Source: Marsupella aquatica
Lineage: Eukaryota > Plantae > Marchantiophyta
Assembly: GCA_973895155.1 (NCBI GenBank)
Contig: OZ316894.1
Location: 21,237,867 to 21,301,866, forward strand
Length of the DNA: 64,000 nucleotides
Direction: 5' to 3'
The translations under genes and the position numbers were made by a program. A model generated the notes under the pieces. The model made no database searches, was not told the DNA's origin, and worked only from the letters and a program-made list of their open reading frames with translations. Shown in pieces: positions 46,056 to 59,599 of the stretch (positions are counted from its first letter, which is position 1; each line of letters opens with the position of its first letter).

Positions 46056-46591
46056 GGTGGGCATAAATGCACCGCTGATAGGAATGCGGCGAGCGAGTCA
46101 GTGAGAAGGATCGTTCTCTGTGGGATAGACGAGGAATTGCCGCCCTCAAGAGAATCAGAGCTTCGCCATCTCACTGAAGGGAGCGGAAGGAAAAGGAATT
46201 GGCTTAGCACGAAAAAGGAAATTCGTTTCCTGTAGAGGAGGAGCGACGGATTGCTTTTCAGCCGCTGTGGAGATAAAATCAGACTTGTGCAGGATAGTGC
46301 TCGAAAGCTTGAATTAGATCGACTCACGAAGCGTGTGTACCTCAGCAGATTGATGTCGACAAGAGGCCAATAGCTATAGTGGTTGCTTAGTGGAGTGAAG
46401 TGGAGTGGAAAGGAAAGGACGAGGGCGAAAGCTTGAATTAGATCGACTCACGGACCGTGTGTACCTCACCAGATTGGTGTCGACACGAAGCTGGTAGCTA
46501 TGGTGGTTGGTTAGTGAAGTGCGTTGGAAAGGAAAGGAAAGGAAGCCTGTAAGAAAGATACAGGCAGATAGACCGACAGGGAGGCAGGCGA

Positions 46592-49500
46592 ATGAGTTTA
46601 GGGAAATCGATTGGTCTCTCTTCGGCTTCCATCGGGTCCGGATCCGACCTGTCTCTCGTGTGCGGCGGCGAATCCCGTCATTCTCCATTTTTCGAGGGAC
46701 AATTCTGGATGAGAAGCGTCCGTGGTATAGAGGTGGTCACCGGTGGACACCTTTCTGAACGCGTGAGCAAACAATGGGCCCTCAGGTCCGCGTCGTCGAA
46801 GTTTGTGTCGTCTCGTGTGTCGTCCGGTGGCCCTTCCACGACGTCTCATGTTGACACGACGGATAGGAGGGGAGCCAAGGTTTGTTGGAATGGACACTTG
46901 AGGTCGAATCCCGAGCAGAGGCGAAGCGGAGGGAGCTCGAGGGTGAAGAAAGTACGAGTCGTGGGCGGAGGGTGGACGTTGCCTAGTTTGGACTACAGCA
47001 ATGTGTACCAATTCCGTGAGCAGGCTGTGTTCACCAACGAGGGGCAGGGGCCTTCGTGCATATTCGTTGGCCCGCTGGAGACTGCGGAGAAGGCTCGACT
47101 TGAAGCTCTTTACCAGCAGGTACGAAAGATTCATGGCTTGCATGATTTTCCGTCTTCTTATTCCTTTCGTTCCGGAATTTCGTCCACTGTTTTGTAACCT
47201 GCCCCAACGTGAGAAGTGTGGCAATGATGAAACATCGTTGGGTAGGAACAATGCCGGTGTGCCTCGGCCATATGTCATAGGAATCTCTTCCACCATCTGT
47301 CTTTCCTCCGAAATCATTCGCATCAATGAACTTTTTATGGTACTCGCAAGGCGAAGTTTGGTCGTTAAATTCTCTGAATTCCAGTTACTCTGGTAGAATT
47401 CGACGAAGACACCTCGGTATTTTGATTTGTCGTTAATAAGACGAGGACTGGGCATTAACTTATGAACCCGCTGGTTGCAACTGCTGGAATAAGCCAGTTT
47501 GGGTCGTGCAGCTCATTGAGGGGCGTAGGTACTTCACAAAGCTTCAAACCATCTTCGCTCCTAAACGCTTGGAATAAGGCACTGGACGGTCCTCTCGAAA
47601 CCTAGATTTCCTTCGGGAAGTCCTTCCCAGGATGGCTAACTTGTTTTGGGATCAAGGAAGGAGTCTGGTCTGAGTAATGTTGTCACCTGTTGACCCCGGT
47701 TCTGAGTTGTCCATCAATAACAATCTGATGGGTCAATTTCGAGCCAGCTTCAGGCACGAACTATGACTGCATGGAAGCCAGTACAGAGTACATAGCAAAT
47801 GTCGAAGGGGGGCTCAGGATAACATCAGGAATTGGAAAACAAACTAGTCTTAGGGGAATTTTTAAAAATTAAATATCAGAAAGTCGTTGATATGAGCGTG
47901 CATTGCTTGGGAATTTGTTATGATCCAGACTTTCGCACTCAATAGCCTAAAATTGAAATGAAGATATGTGAGGATCCGTAGCATGGTTATCTTTTCTGAC
48001 TGTTGACATTTGTTGCCCTTATGCGTCATGCAGGCCCGGGATTCGTATTACAGTGGAAGCCCACTTATAGTGGATGATATGTTTGATAGGATTGAGGTAC
48101 AGTATCAATGGCCCTCTCCTCAAGCGATTGCTCGACTATCAATTACATACTTCTTGAACATGTTTCCAGTGTACTTTTTGTAATTTACTTTTCCATTTCT
48201 GAAGAGAGAATACAGGGAGGATAGGAGTACGTAGGAGAGCATACACGATATTCTTAAGGAGCGTAGAGTAGACCATAGCAGAGCGTGCTTCAGTAAACGG
48301 GATAACGTATTCGCGCATCCGTATGCTGATGTTGAAGTAAATTTGTGTCGGGGCCGCTGCTGGTTGAGAGAGATTTGTTGAGAGATTGAGAGAGGTAGGC
48401 TTCGTATCCGAAATTTGACGGGCGTTGTTAAATGAACTGATCGTTTTTCCAGATTAAGCTGCGGTGGCATGGCTCTAAATTAGTGCTGAAATACCCGAGG
48501 TGCAGTCTGAAGCGCTTTTCTGCCTATGCTGATGCTGAGGTAAGTTTCTTCTGCTCAGCCCGTACAGGGTGTGGTGATATGACGTTTGTCTGTGAGTGAC
48601 TGTATTGTTTGACCCTGTATTGTGCACGATATGGTGAAATTTTCACCATAAAGTGACCTTTTAATTTGATGGCGTAAAGACAGCTTGATTTTAATGCCGC
48701 ATGATGTAATGCTTACTGCGCAGTGGCTATGAGTGCATTGCACATAAGAGAAAATTTTTTAAAGCTGGACTGATGGCACGTATGATTGTTGAGACCACTC
48801 TTTTGGATTTAATTCCGTAGAATTTAGTCAATTTCGTGATTATTTCATATCTTAGCATGCACAGCTTTATCTGCTGTTGAGAGGAATGCGCTCTGTGTGT
48901 TTGGAGGGATGGGGAAACAGATAGATTCGTCTCAGATGTTGGCGTTAGCGAGCGTTTGGAGTGTGCTTTTGGCAAGCGGTATTGTGGCAGCCGCATTTCC
49001 TCCTGCTTGTGCGATTAGCACGGCTTGCCAAAAGGCTATACATGGGCGATTTCACTCCCACGAAGTGACTTTGTTCACAGAAACAATGATGGCAATGAAT
49101 GGGGCTCTGACAATTGGTTTGGGTCTTGTTGTCGGCGTACCTGTTGCGCTAGCTGCAGGTAGATTCCCTTCCCAGTAGTTTGGATAGTTGTATCAGTATA
49201 GCCAGCTTACTTGTGCATATTTAGGTGCCCCTCCCCTTCCTTACTTTCCTCCAAACCAAGCACGGGGGTGATTTAACCTGAGTTTTCCTTACAACTCGTT
49301 TTTTCCAGTCTTTATATTAAACTGTTATAGTGCTATGTGGAATCTATTGGAAATTCTAGAACTGTCTTTCCTCGTTCTGCCTCCTCCCCACACTCCACAC
49401 CCAGCCAAGTATGTGAAGAAGTCCTCGTTTTCTGTAGGATTGTATATTATTACCACATTCATGCGTCAGAACAATGTTGACGATTCCTGCCGTTGGCCTT

Positions 49501-50820
49501 TTTGTATGAACGCGCAGCCCGCTCTCTGCAGGGTTTGTGGAGAGGCGAGTTGGTGGCTTTGAAAGGTTGCTGTCCAAACTGCGGAGAAGAGGTAAAGCAT
49601 CATCCATTTTTTTCTGTGTCGTACCAGTGAGAAATTGTAGACAAGACGTAAACGAACATCTCTGTAGAGTTAAAGTTTTATCTACAACCTAGGCGCTTGC
49701 TGTAAAGGTCATTCAGAGGGCAGTTCGATGTATTGAAGTATAGCTTGGATGACACTTATAGAAGTAAAAAGATAAGGGTGGCTCTGCCAGAGCAAGAGTA
49801 GTTTGAATGATTCTGGACAAGATTTGGGACTACTTTCAAGCTTGATGTTGGAGAAATCTCCGTAGAGGAAAAGTTGTTAAGGTCCTTTCAGAATGTACCC
49901 GCCTGCTGAAAAATGTGGCCTGTGGTGCTCCATGGTTCAGGTATATGCTTTTGTAAGTGCTGATGTACCCGAACAGCCGCAACACAAGACTGAGTGCCAT
50001 GTTTGTGAACATCCATTGGCTTTTCGAGCAAAAGTAGAGGTACGACAATCTGACACTCACTTTTCTTTTGAATTCCGCTTCAGTCGTAGGTTGTGCTGCT
50101 TTTATTTCGAAATTCTTTCAGATTCGTCAACTTGAAAGGATTTTCTTTTAAATCAATTCCACATTGGAGACAATTAAACTTTGTTTCGCCTCATGTTTGC
50201 TTTCATTGAATGGGCTTGAAACTAAGAAACAAATCTATGGAAAAGGAAAAATGAAATCCTGTAATTTTCCCTGCCGCTTGAGATTTTCAATAATTTGCGC
50301 TCACATGAAGAAGAAACAACGACGTGGGGAATTTGATCTATAAATTTGCCAAGTGCCTCGATTCGAATCAGGAGCCTGGTCAGCATGGCTGCATGCTTTA
50401 TGGCCAGAGTCTCATATCAATACTTTCCACATGATTCATAAGGGGGAAACATTAATCACATGTTTACCTTTTATCATCTCAATGAGTTTCACTTTCTTTC
50501 AGCGTTGGCCTCATTATTACTGCAATGTTTTGCATATGTGATGCATTCGTTGTTATTGCCTCTGTGACTCCATCGCTTCCTTGGAATCAGCTACTGTATA
50601 CAAGGTTGAGCTACACCTATATCATTAGGGATCAAAACTAAATTGGGAAATTGGAGTTGTCAGTACAACCTTCAGGGGCAAGGCACTAACTGTGTTTGCG
50701 TGATGTTGTTTATCCCCGCAGAGGTCAGCTGTACATCCAAGCAAACTGTGGGCTTATGGGCGGGTCTACTTGTTGACACAGTCCAAAGATCTAGCACCGA
50801 GTAAAAACTCCAAATCGTAA
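46592..50820 (+). CDS. PGRL2: PGRL1-family thylakoid protein, PGRL2-like (At5g59400 type). Exons 46592-47119, 48034-48096, 48453-48539, 48921-49158, 49518-49591, 49941-50039, 50722-50820
   Basis: GPSCIFVGPLETA..LEALYQQ|ARDSYYSG.PLIVDDMFDRIE|IKLRWHGSK..KYPRCSL..YADAE|two TM segments|LQGLWRGELVALKGCCPNCGEE|VYAFV..ECHVCE..|WAYGRVYL. All GT-AG phases are consistent. Ser/Arg-rich N-terminus. Start codon less certain. Confidence 0.85.
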
Positions 50821-52263
50821 CTCAGAAAGATGGCGATAGAAACGGCACAGTGATTTGTCTTCAGTCTTGAAGAGAGGAGACTTGAAGATTTGTAGAGCCA
50901 ATTGCTTGTACATAATGACTATACTGGAATAGCCAGTGCTTATTCTCAATTGCTCACATTGTTATTGAGCTAATTATTTAAGCAGATTCAACGGGCTCCC
51001 ACGCACTGCTGAGCCTCTATAGTGGTTGCATGTCTCGATGATCTGCGCTTTTGTACCATGAAGGTCAAATTGACACAATTCCAGGCTAACTTTTGGTTAC
51101 TGGGAAGTTTTGTTATAAGCTTACTTGCGAACAAAAACATTTGGCAAAGGGCTTCACATATTTGGAAGCTTTCAGGGTCGGTGTAGTTGTGCATCAATTC
51201 TTCCTCTGTCCATTTCTCGTTCTGGTCGATCAATCGGTCCGGATTGCCACAGACCGCATCAGATGCCCCTCGTGTTCGTTTCACAAAGGAAAGAGGAACA
51301 TCACAAGTAATAACGATAACTATAAATGGAGGAAAGAGGGTGTAAGTTACTTTTCAAAGTGGATTCAACAATGTATTAAGAGGTGAATTGAGTTACAATT
51401 TCCATAGGCCAAAAGCAGTCATGGGTTATTATGGAGGGCATCGAGCCAAGAGCCGTCTTGCAGATTACTTTCCTTAAAAAATTGGCCTTAAAATGCCTCG
51501 AGTTCATGCCTTCAAACCAGTGGACCAACTCTGCACTATTCTATCGAAGATATATGAAACGTTTTCAAAATGTCATTACATTTGTAACCAACTCCAAACT
51601 CCAAACCTGATTACAGTCTCCCGATGGCAACTACTATCTCAGTAACCGTAGTTCTAAAGAATTGCCAGTGTAGCCAACAAGCCAGGGTTAAAATATACTT
51701 CAATCTCTGAAATTATCTTAGAGTTATATGTTAAAGAAGGGGTTGAAATGCAGGATGATTGCCCAGAAAATGAGGCAAGGGCAAATCCTCACACATACAC
51801 AGATCAATTCTGGTTGAGGTCATGGGGGTGCTGTGAACCCGAAATTGTCTCATTCTCAAAGTTGTCTCATCCTATTCCAGCAGAACTGCTGAGCGAAGCA
51901 CATCCGAAAGCCCTTTTTGGCAATTTTAGCCCCTATTCCAATCGTGAGTAGTTCAAGAGAGTGGATTCATAATAACAGTCTACTTAACCCAATTTGTCCA
52001 CATTCTGGACAAATCTACTTTTCTTTTCCTTCGTCTCCTTTTGCAGACAAAGACAAGTTTTATGCAAGTTGAGATTTTGCTTTCCTTACCACGAGACAAG
52101 GAGACGAGCATGTGATGCTCCAGAAAATATACAAAGGGAAAATGAAGGGGTTGAAGTAATGATAATGTCTTCAATTCGTGTGCCGCGAAATTCGACATGG
52201 AGTACGTCGAGGGACAAAAGGTAGCGTCGGAGAAATCGGGCTAAGAGAGAGAGAGTGAGAAAG

Positions 52264-54006
52264 ATGAGCTACCTACTGCCAACAGTGAAGACGAAGGAGG
52301 CCGTGGACGAGCTGGTCCTCAATTGCATCGACAAAGTTCTCGTTCTGCGATTCGGGCGGGCCACGGATGCGGTATGTCTGCAGCAGGATGACATTGTGAG
52401 TATCCGAATTCCTGTATCCCCATGTCCCATTTTCTCCATTGTCGACTCATGCCCGATGAGACGTAGCGTGAACATCCGCGGGCCTCCAAATGAACCGCGA
52501 GGCACAAATTGATGTGATTGCAAATTAGGGCACCGTGAACCGAAGGGATCACAGTTTTTCTTGACGTCCATCCGAACTTTTCTATGAATTAGATCAAGAA
52601 GCGTCAACTCGCTCGTTATGAATGGAGAAGTGATCATGAGCTATTTTCGCCGTCCATGTGCTCCACTCGGGCTATGGGGACAGAATGTGGAAATCCAAAA
52701 ATATGCCATAGAAGTCCCCGGGTTATTATTGTGGTGTTTTAGGCATGAGAATGCTTAGAATACATTTGCAGTGGGGAGCTAGCCGTTAGATTCTCATGAT
52801 TAACAGTTTTTGATGAAATGTGTGGCTGACAAAAGGAAAGATTCAGTGAACAGGAAATTCTAAGTGGTCATCAAATGGTCCAGACACTGGAAGTACAGAT
52901 GAAACAGTATGGCGTTTCCGAAACCTGTCTTGTTTGTGGATTTGAATGTCTTACTTATCGGAGGCTTTTGGTTTGCGAGGAATGTGGACAGCTGGCCAAA
53001 GCAGTGCGAGAAGTGTCCAAGTTTGCAACGATTGGCTTAGTGGATGTTGATGCAGAAGATATTCAAGTGTATGTCAAGTACTTTGATATCACTTACATCC
53101 CAGCGACTATATTCTTTTTCAATGCTGAGCACATGAAGATGGATTGTGGGTGGGTGAAAAACAGACTTCTTTCTCATGACTTTACTGCAACCTTTCTGCC
53201 TTCTGTCTATTTGTCTGCCCATCTGTACGTAACGATAGATCTAATCAGTCTTCCCCTTAGAAATTCTCCCCCTCAAAATTTCTGTCACTCAGCTTCACAT
53301 ATAGCACAGCCCGTGATTTCGCCTCCTACATGTTAAATGCAGTTTCATGTGTGACAGTATTCGTTCAATCCAACTGTCCCAAATACCTGACCAATGGGAC
53401 ATCTAGTACAGGTTGCGAGTTGAAACAGTGAAAGCACCATTTGCAGAAAGTCATTGGCGTCTAAAGTCTGAAGTCTCAAAGTCTTCCCGCCGGGTCGTAT
53501 AGCTCTTTCAGAGTTTCATTAACAAGTTCATCTCAGGACTTCCTCGGGCTTCCTTGGGAAGTGGGTAAAAGAAGAGGCAGGCTTCAAGTGCTTGTTGTAG
53601 GTACTAACCCTCAACGGAGATCCTGTTTTGCAGCACTCCTGATCACACCAAGTGGATTGGAGCATTTCACAGCAAGCAGGACTTCGTTGATGTTGTGGAG
53701 GTAGATCTACTTACCTACTGTAGGTGCTTTGTTTCGTACCCTACGACTTCCTTGAATGGAGGAGCCAGTTCTGTAACCAGTTGAACGGAATGTCTCTATG
53801 TATTCCACATGCCTTCCGTTTGAACTTGTACATTTCCCACTGTAAGGACTCCATTTGGACATACGAACTCCAAGAACATACCGACCTGATGCAATTTCTT
53901 TCTGCAGACCATTTTCCGAGGAGCAATGAAAGGGAAGTATATTGTCACTTGTCCTCTTCCTGTGGAGAGGATCCCAAAGTTCCAGTTGCTTTACAAGGAC
54001 ATATGA
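52264..54006 (+). CDS. TXNL4B: Thioredoxin-like 4B / Dim1B (Dim2) splicing factor, 151 aa. Exons 52264-52395, 52992-53149, 53634-53700, 53908-54006
   Basis: MSYLLPT...DKVLVLRFGRA.D.VCLQ.DDI|LAK..REVSKFA...YVKYFDITYIPATIFFFNAEHMKMDCG|TPDHTKWIGAF..KQDF.DVVE|TIFRGAMKGK.IV.CPLP.ERIPKFQLLYKDI*. Exon lengths sum to 456 nt in frame. Confidence 0.93.
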
Positions 54007-55649
54007 GGCAAATCTATGATTTGCCATTCTGGCCATGAGTCATCTGAAGCAGTCTGCCGTTGCAATAAACATGAGACCAAGCGCCATGAAGCGTTAGCCT
54101 TTGGATCGGATAATGGATAGATTTATCGCAGTTTTCATGTCCGTTTTGTGTCATATCCCACAAGAGACACCAGATGACCGTCAAAGAGAAATTATCTTGA
54201 TTCCAGGAAGATTTCTTAAAGTGCAGGGCTCATAAGTTTGTTTCTTCATTCGGAAGTTTACAAAGTTGTGCCCACTTTTGGCGACCGCATGTAATTCAAG
54301 ACCTCAGGATTGTGGTCTGCAAGTCTCAATTGTTGCCAGGTTGAACTCCCAGGATGGAGACTGGAGAATTATTGGTCTCCTAGTCATGCATGCATCATAT
54401 TCAGTTCAGCTGAAGTACTTGCTCTTAATTAAAGTTACAGAGTGTGGTGGGCATTGGTAAGCGAGGAAGACTGCGATGACGAATTCAAGTAGCCAGCCAG
54501 CTCCGACGGTGGGCTTGCTCGAGCTTGTATGGCTATTCAGTGCCCTTTAAGACGACAGCACATGGGCAACGAATAAAAACTTGGCCTGATCTTGGAAGCT
54601 GAACCCAGGACCAGGTTATGTTCTCACTGACGTTATCCCAGAGGATCTGGGAGTTGGAGGAAAAGCTCCAATATTCGGCTACACTAGGTTGATTTCATGC
54701 ACCCCCCGGGTCGTCACTGCTATTGCGGAAAACTTAACCAGGCCTGAAACTTTCAGGTGCCAGATAAAGTCACGTGCGTCTCAAAATGCATGCCCTTGTG
54801 AATAGCTGCTAGGCACTCACCATCTTCCCCCTTAGTTGACCTCCCAGCGGTGGGAGCTCTTTTGCGTAAATTCTTTCAAAATCATTTTTGGCATGAATCA
54901 GAAGTATCTTTGAGATATGAAGTATATTTCGGATCGCAGCTGTTTGCTGTCAGTGTTGTCCGAAGTGCTGCAGACAAGTCTAGGAATTGTGGAAGTTGGG
55001 AGATGTATATAATTGCTCCATGTACAATAAAACTTCTCATTGCCTTTCGAGATGTCACGAGTTACACTTACGATAAATCAGATCTCACCTCGCTTCGTTA
55101 ATTAGGGGCACCCAAATACCCATGCCACCGACTTCTACAGTGGTGACTGTCTATCCACATGCATCCTTTGTAAGTCCCTTGAAATTGCGTTAGATCATAT
55201 TTTCTTGTACATCTGTGATATCAGTTGCGTTGTGTGATTTTGAGTACAAACAGTGATTCTTTTATGCTTTGTTGGAGCCAATCAGGAGGACTTGAGCTAT
55301 CCTACAGAGAGAAAAGCCATCGAGAGATTTTTTTAGTATAAGGAAGACGAAAGGGAAAAGAGAAAAGGCAAAGAAGGAAAGATACAAAGAATGTGAAGAG
55401 CTCTGATTTTGGTGTCTGCATTTTTCGTTCGTCTGATAAGAATGCGTTGCCGTAATGGATCCCTCCAGCTTGGTATCCTTGTTTTGGGATGGAGATGGTA
55501 ATGCTCCTAATGCTCGGAAGGATAGTTGAGCTGATTCCTTCTCTATGTACAGTAGCTCGTTGGGAGCATCCAAACCACCACTTGGTCATTACCAAGATTT
55601 TTCAAAGAGCTTAGTTGATTTCCGTGCCGAGATTTTTTCTCCTAGGTCA

Positions 55650-56870
55650 TCCAGATCATTGTTGAATGAAGGAAGAAGAAGTCGGTATTTTTAGTTTATA
55701 TAGCTTTCCGAACCACAATGTAGCAGGAAAAAATCAAGTTACAGAGTCTTCATAGTTTTCAGTTCTACCGTGTGATGAGTCATTTTTTTCCGTTTTCCCT
55801 CCCTTTATTGGGTCTTTTCGCCTTTGGGATCCTGTCTTACCGGTTTGGCGTTTCTGTCTTTTGGCAGTTTTATGTATATATTTAGTTCAGCTCTACCATG
55901 TCATGAGTCATTTGCTACGATCACTGCCTATGGAGAATCTGAACCAACCACTTGTTTCTTTGTTGAATCAAGGAAGAAGAACTCGGTAACTTCCACTGTA
56001 GGTCATATAGCGTCTGAACTGGAAGTGTAGTTGGGAAAAATCCAGTTACAGAGTCTTCATAGGTTTTCAGTTCTACCATGTCATGAGTAATTTGCTACGA
56101 TCACCGCCTATGGAAATTTTGAACTAACCATTTGTTTCTTTGTTGAATGACGGACGAAGAACTCGGTAACTTCCAGTGTGGGTCATATAGCTTTCTGAAC
56201 TAGAAGTATCGTGGGAAAAAATCCAGTTACAGTCCTCTACTGTAGGTTTTTCAGTTCTACTATGTCATGAGTGGTTTGCTACGATCACTGCCTATGGAGA
56301 TTTTGAACCAACCATTTGGTTCTTTGTTGAATGTAGGCAGAGAAGTCGGTAACTTTCTACTTTAGTTCATATAGCCCTCTGAACTACAACTGTGGCAGGA
56401 AACAATCCAGTTAAGAGTCTTCATAGGTTTTCAGTTCTACCATGTCATGAGTCATTTGCTACGATTATTTTGAGCCAACCATTTGTTCTTTGCTGAATGA
56501 AGGACGAAGAACTCGGTAACTTTCTACTGTAGTTCCTATAGCTTTCTCAACTCGACGTGGAACAGGAAAAGTCCAGCTCGAGACTTGATAGGTTTTCAGT
56601 TCTAGCGTGTCATGAGTCATTTGCTACGATCACCGCCTATGGAAAATGAACCCAACCATTTGGTTCTTTCTTGAAAGAAGGGAAAAGAACTCGGTAACTT
56701 CCATTTTTTATATAGGACGTATACTCGGGAGGGACAAGTGTACTTCATGTTGCGTTCTGAGCTAGAAGTGTAGCAGGAAAAATTCAAGCTACAGCGTCTT
56801 CAGAGGTATAGTTCTACCATGTCATGAGTCGATCACCGCCTATGGAGATTTTGAACCAACCAGGTGGTTG
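55650..56870. repeat. Tandem repeat, about 6-7 copies of ~180 bp
   Basis: agttctaccatgtcatgagtcatttgctacgatcac..tatgga units at ~55761, 55889, 56069, 56253, 56433, 56598 and 56810. Confidence 0.92.
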
Positions 56871-57419
56871 TTTTGGGGAAACGAGCACTTTCCACCTTTA
56901 GGATTACGGTATAATTATAGACCCTTTTCTTCCCATAAATTAATGAAAAACTCTCAAGTCTTCCAAATGTCATCAGCTTATAGACTATTCGTTGAGTTTT
57001 TGCTAAAATCCAAGTTAAGACAAGTTTTGGGGAACGAGTTCTTCCTGCTCTACACCTCTTGAAACACTCCAGCCTTCCATCAAGTAGTAGACCCAGCCAT
57101 TGACGAGATAGAGGTCGCTTTGGAGGAGGGTGTGACTGTCGTCTCACCTTGCACCTTACTTCCAATTTCTTTAATTTATCAGCCAATCTGGCCATTGGAC
57201 AAGACATAGCTCGCGTTCGAAGGTTTCCCATTCTCCACCTTACTTTTAATTTTTTAATTTTTTAGCCAATCTGGCGATTGAAAAGATAAGAGAGCACATG
57301 GGGTTGTGTTTACTGGGTTGGCTAATCTGCCTCACCCTAGCGTCACCCACGTTGGGCTTCCATTAATTTCAGAATTTTACCTTACGCCTGTGGGTTTTAA
57401 ACTTAACTTACGGAACGTC

Positions 57420-58450
57420 ATGCTATGGAATTCCTTGCCAATTGTCATCTTGCGCTGTTGACGAACTATGATTCAGTAGCTTGTTATCAAACCAATGCTT
57501 ACTCAATTTTATAGCACCTCACCTGCTATGGAATCTCCTTGCCAATTGTCATCCTGAGCTGTTGACGAGCTATGTATCACTAGCTTTTGTGATCAAGCCC
57601 ATGCTGGAAGCGAAAGGCTTCGCTTCAATGCACCTCATCCCGTGGAATCTACTTGCCAATTGCCATCCTCCTGCTGTTGACGAACTATTTTCACAAGCGT
57701 TTGCGATCAAGCCCATGCAGGCAGAGAAGGGCAACACTTCAATGGCTTGGGCCTACCACTCAATATTACAGCATGCCATGGAATCTCCTTCCCAATTGCC
57801 ATTTTGAGGTGCTGGCGAAATATGTCTCGCTAGCATTCGTGATCAAGCCCAAGCTGGAAGAGAAAAGATTTCGCTTCAATGGCTTGGACCTACCACTCAA
57901 TTTTTATAGCACCACATGCTAGTGAATCTTCTTGCCAATTGCCTTATTGCCATTTGAGTTTGGTGAACTATATGTTTCCAGATCTTCCTATACAAGTGCC
58001 AACTGAAGCCTACTGTTAAGGGCTTAGGTCTAGACGGGCTTAGGTCTAGAGGGTAACTCCCAATACAGACAAAAGTGATAATGAGATTCAATAAAGTCAA
58101 AATTTTCAATGAGGATGGACAAAACTGACATTGACTCTACATAAAGATAAAACTGAAATGAGGATGGACAAAAACAAGGATTAGGCAAAGATTAACCAAA
58201 ATAGCATATAAATTTTATTGTGCAAGATTTTTCTTCATATCTGTTTACTCTCAAGGAACCAATCATGGGGCTAGTTTGTGATGAAACCCATGCTGGAATA
58301 GGAAGGTTTTGCTTCAATGGTTTGGACCTACTACTCAATTTTACAGCCCCTCATGTTATGGAATCTCCGTGCCTGTTGTCATCCTTAAGCCTACACTCAT
58401 GATTTTGATGCTCAAGCTTGAGGTAGAGGAGAAGGGTTGCACCCCAATGG
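57420..58450. repeat. Degenerate tandem repeat (~105-140 bp units) interrupted by a mini-Helitron
   Basis: Recurrent atggaatctccttgccaattg and gatcaagcccatgctgga motifs. Confidence 0.8.
57983..58274 (+). mobile_element. Non-autonomous mini-Helitron, copy C
   Basis: A|TCTTCCTATA...GGGGCTAG|T. Removing it restores the host repeat unit (tatgtttccaga|tttgtgat) with no TSD. Confidence 0.65.
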
Positions 58451-59599
58451 CTTTGGGCATTGAAACTCCCCAACAACAAAAGGATTCACTATGACCAAAA
58501 CCTAGCGTGTACCAAGACTTCTAGTTGTTTGGTAGAAACAAAAGCTTGAGCATTTCATGAAATTTTGGAGCATGGAACTCAAAATCTTCCTTTTCACAAA
58601 CAATGATTACCACAACTTAGAATCCAGATTGAACTAATACGTGAGCTTGAGGTCTTCCAAGGAACTTCATCTGCCATAACCAAAACCTATATCACTCCCT
58701 TCAAAAGACTTCTAGTATGAGAGAGAATCTATTCAAGTCTCAAATGCAAAGTAAGTCTCAAATGCAAAGTAACGTCGCGTTACCATGGCTGAGTGGAGAC
58801 AAAACCACTTACAGATTGATTTCAAGTTTCACATAGAATACTGCAATTGATGAACACCTCATTGTCCGGCCCTAGAGGTCACAGATAGTGTCTGGAAACC
58901 ATCCACACAGGATTCTTTCCACTGGTTGAGCAAAAATGCCACACAATTGGTACATCATTGGGTCAGTTGGAACTGCACAACTGTACACTTACTTCCCAAT
59001 TTTGTGTCAATATATCTCCTCTGGCTTAGCCAATCAGCTCATGTTCGGAGTAGTCTACTTCAGACCTTGTTCACTTGGCTGATTCCCCAAAAGCCGGGGA
59101 TGTCTCTAGGTGCACCATTCCCACTCACAGACCATTGCCAAGCTTCCACCGGGAATCACACTCCCACTGAATATTGGGTTTCAAGCACCCTACCTAAATA
59201 GTCACCTTTGCAGTGCACATACAGATCGTTACATAACATACATCGCTTGTCACACACATCCAAACGTAAGCACAAAGTCGAGCCACATGCACCTTGCACT
59301 CAAGGAATCCATGTTATGCACACAAATTTGGTCAGCCACACCATAGTCGACAATGCTCATGCTTGAAGGCTCAACATCGAAAGATGGGGCCTTCAAGCCA
59401 CCACAAAGGGATAACTATCCCTCCAAACATAGGGAAACCCCTAAAGTGCTTAAATAGTACACATATGAAAACATGATATACTCGAATATCACTCATAATG
59501 GTGTGACAACCTCCTTATCAGGAATACCTTCCAGAGGGAGTGCAGCTTAAGTTTTGCTGCCAACATCTTGGACAAGGATCCTTGCTTCACATTTGGTTT

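Noticed and set aside
46598-47455. 285-aa minus-strand ORF
   Set aside because: Antisense shadow of the GC-rich PGRL2 exon 1.
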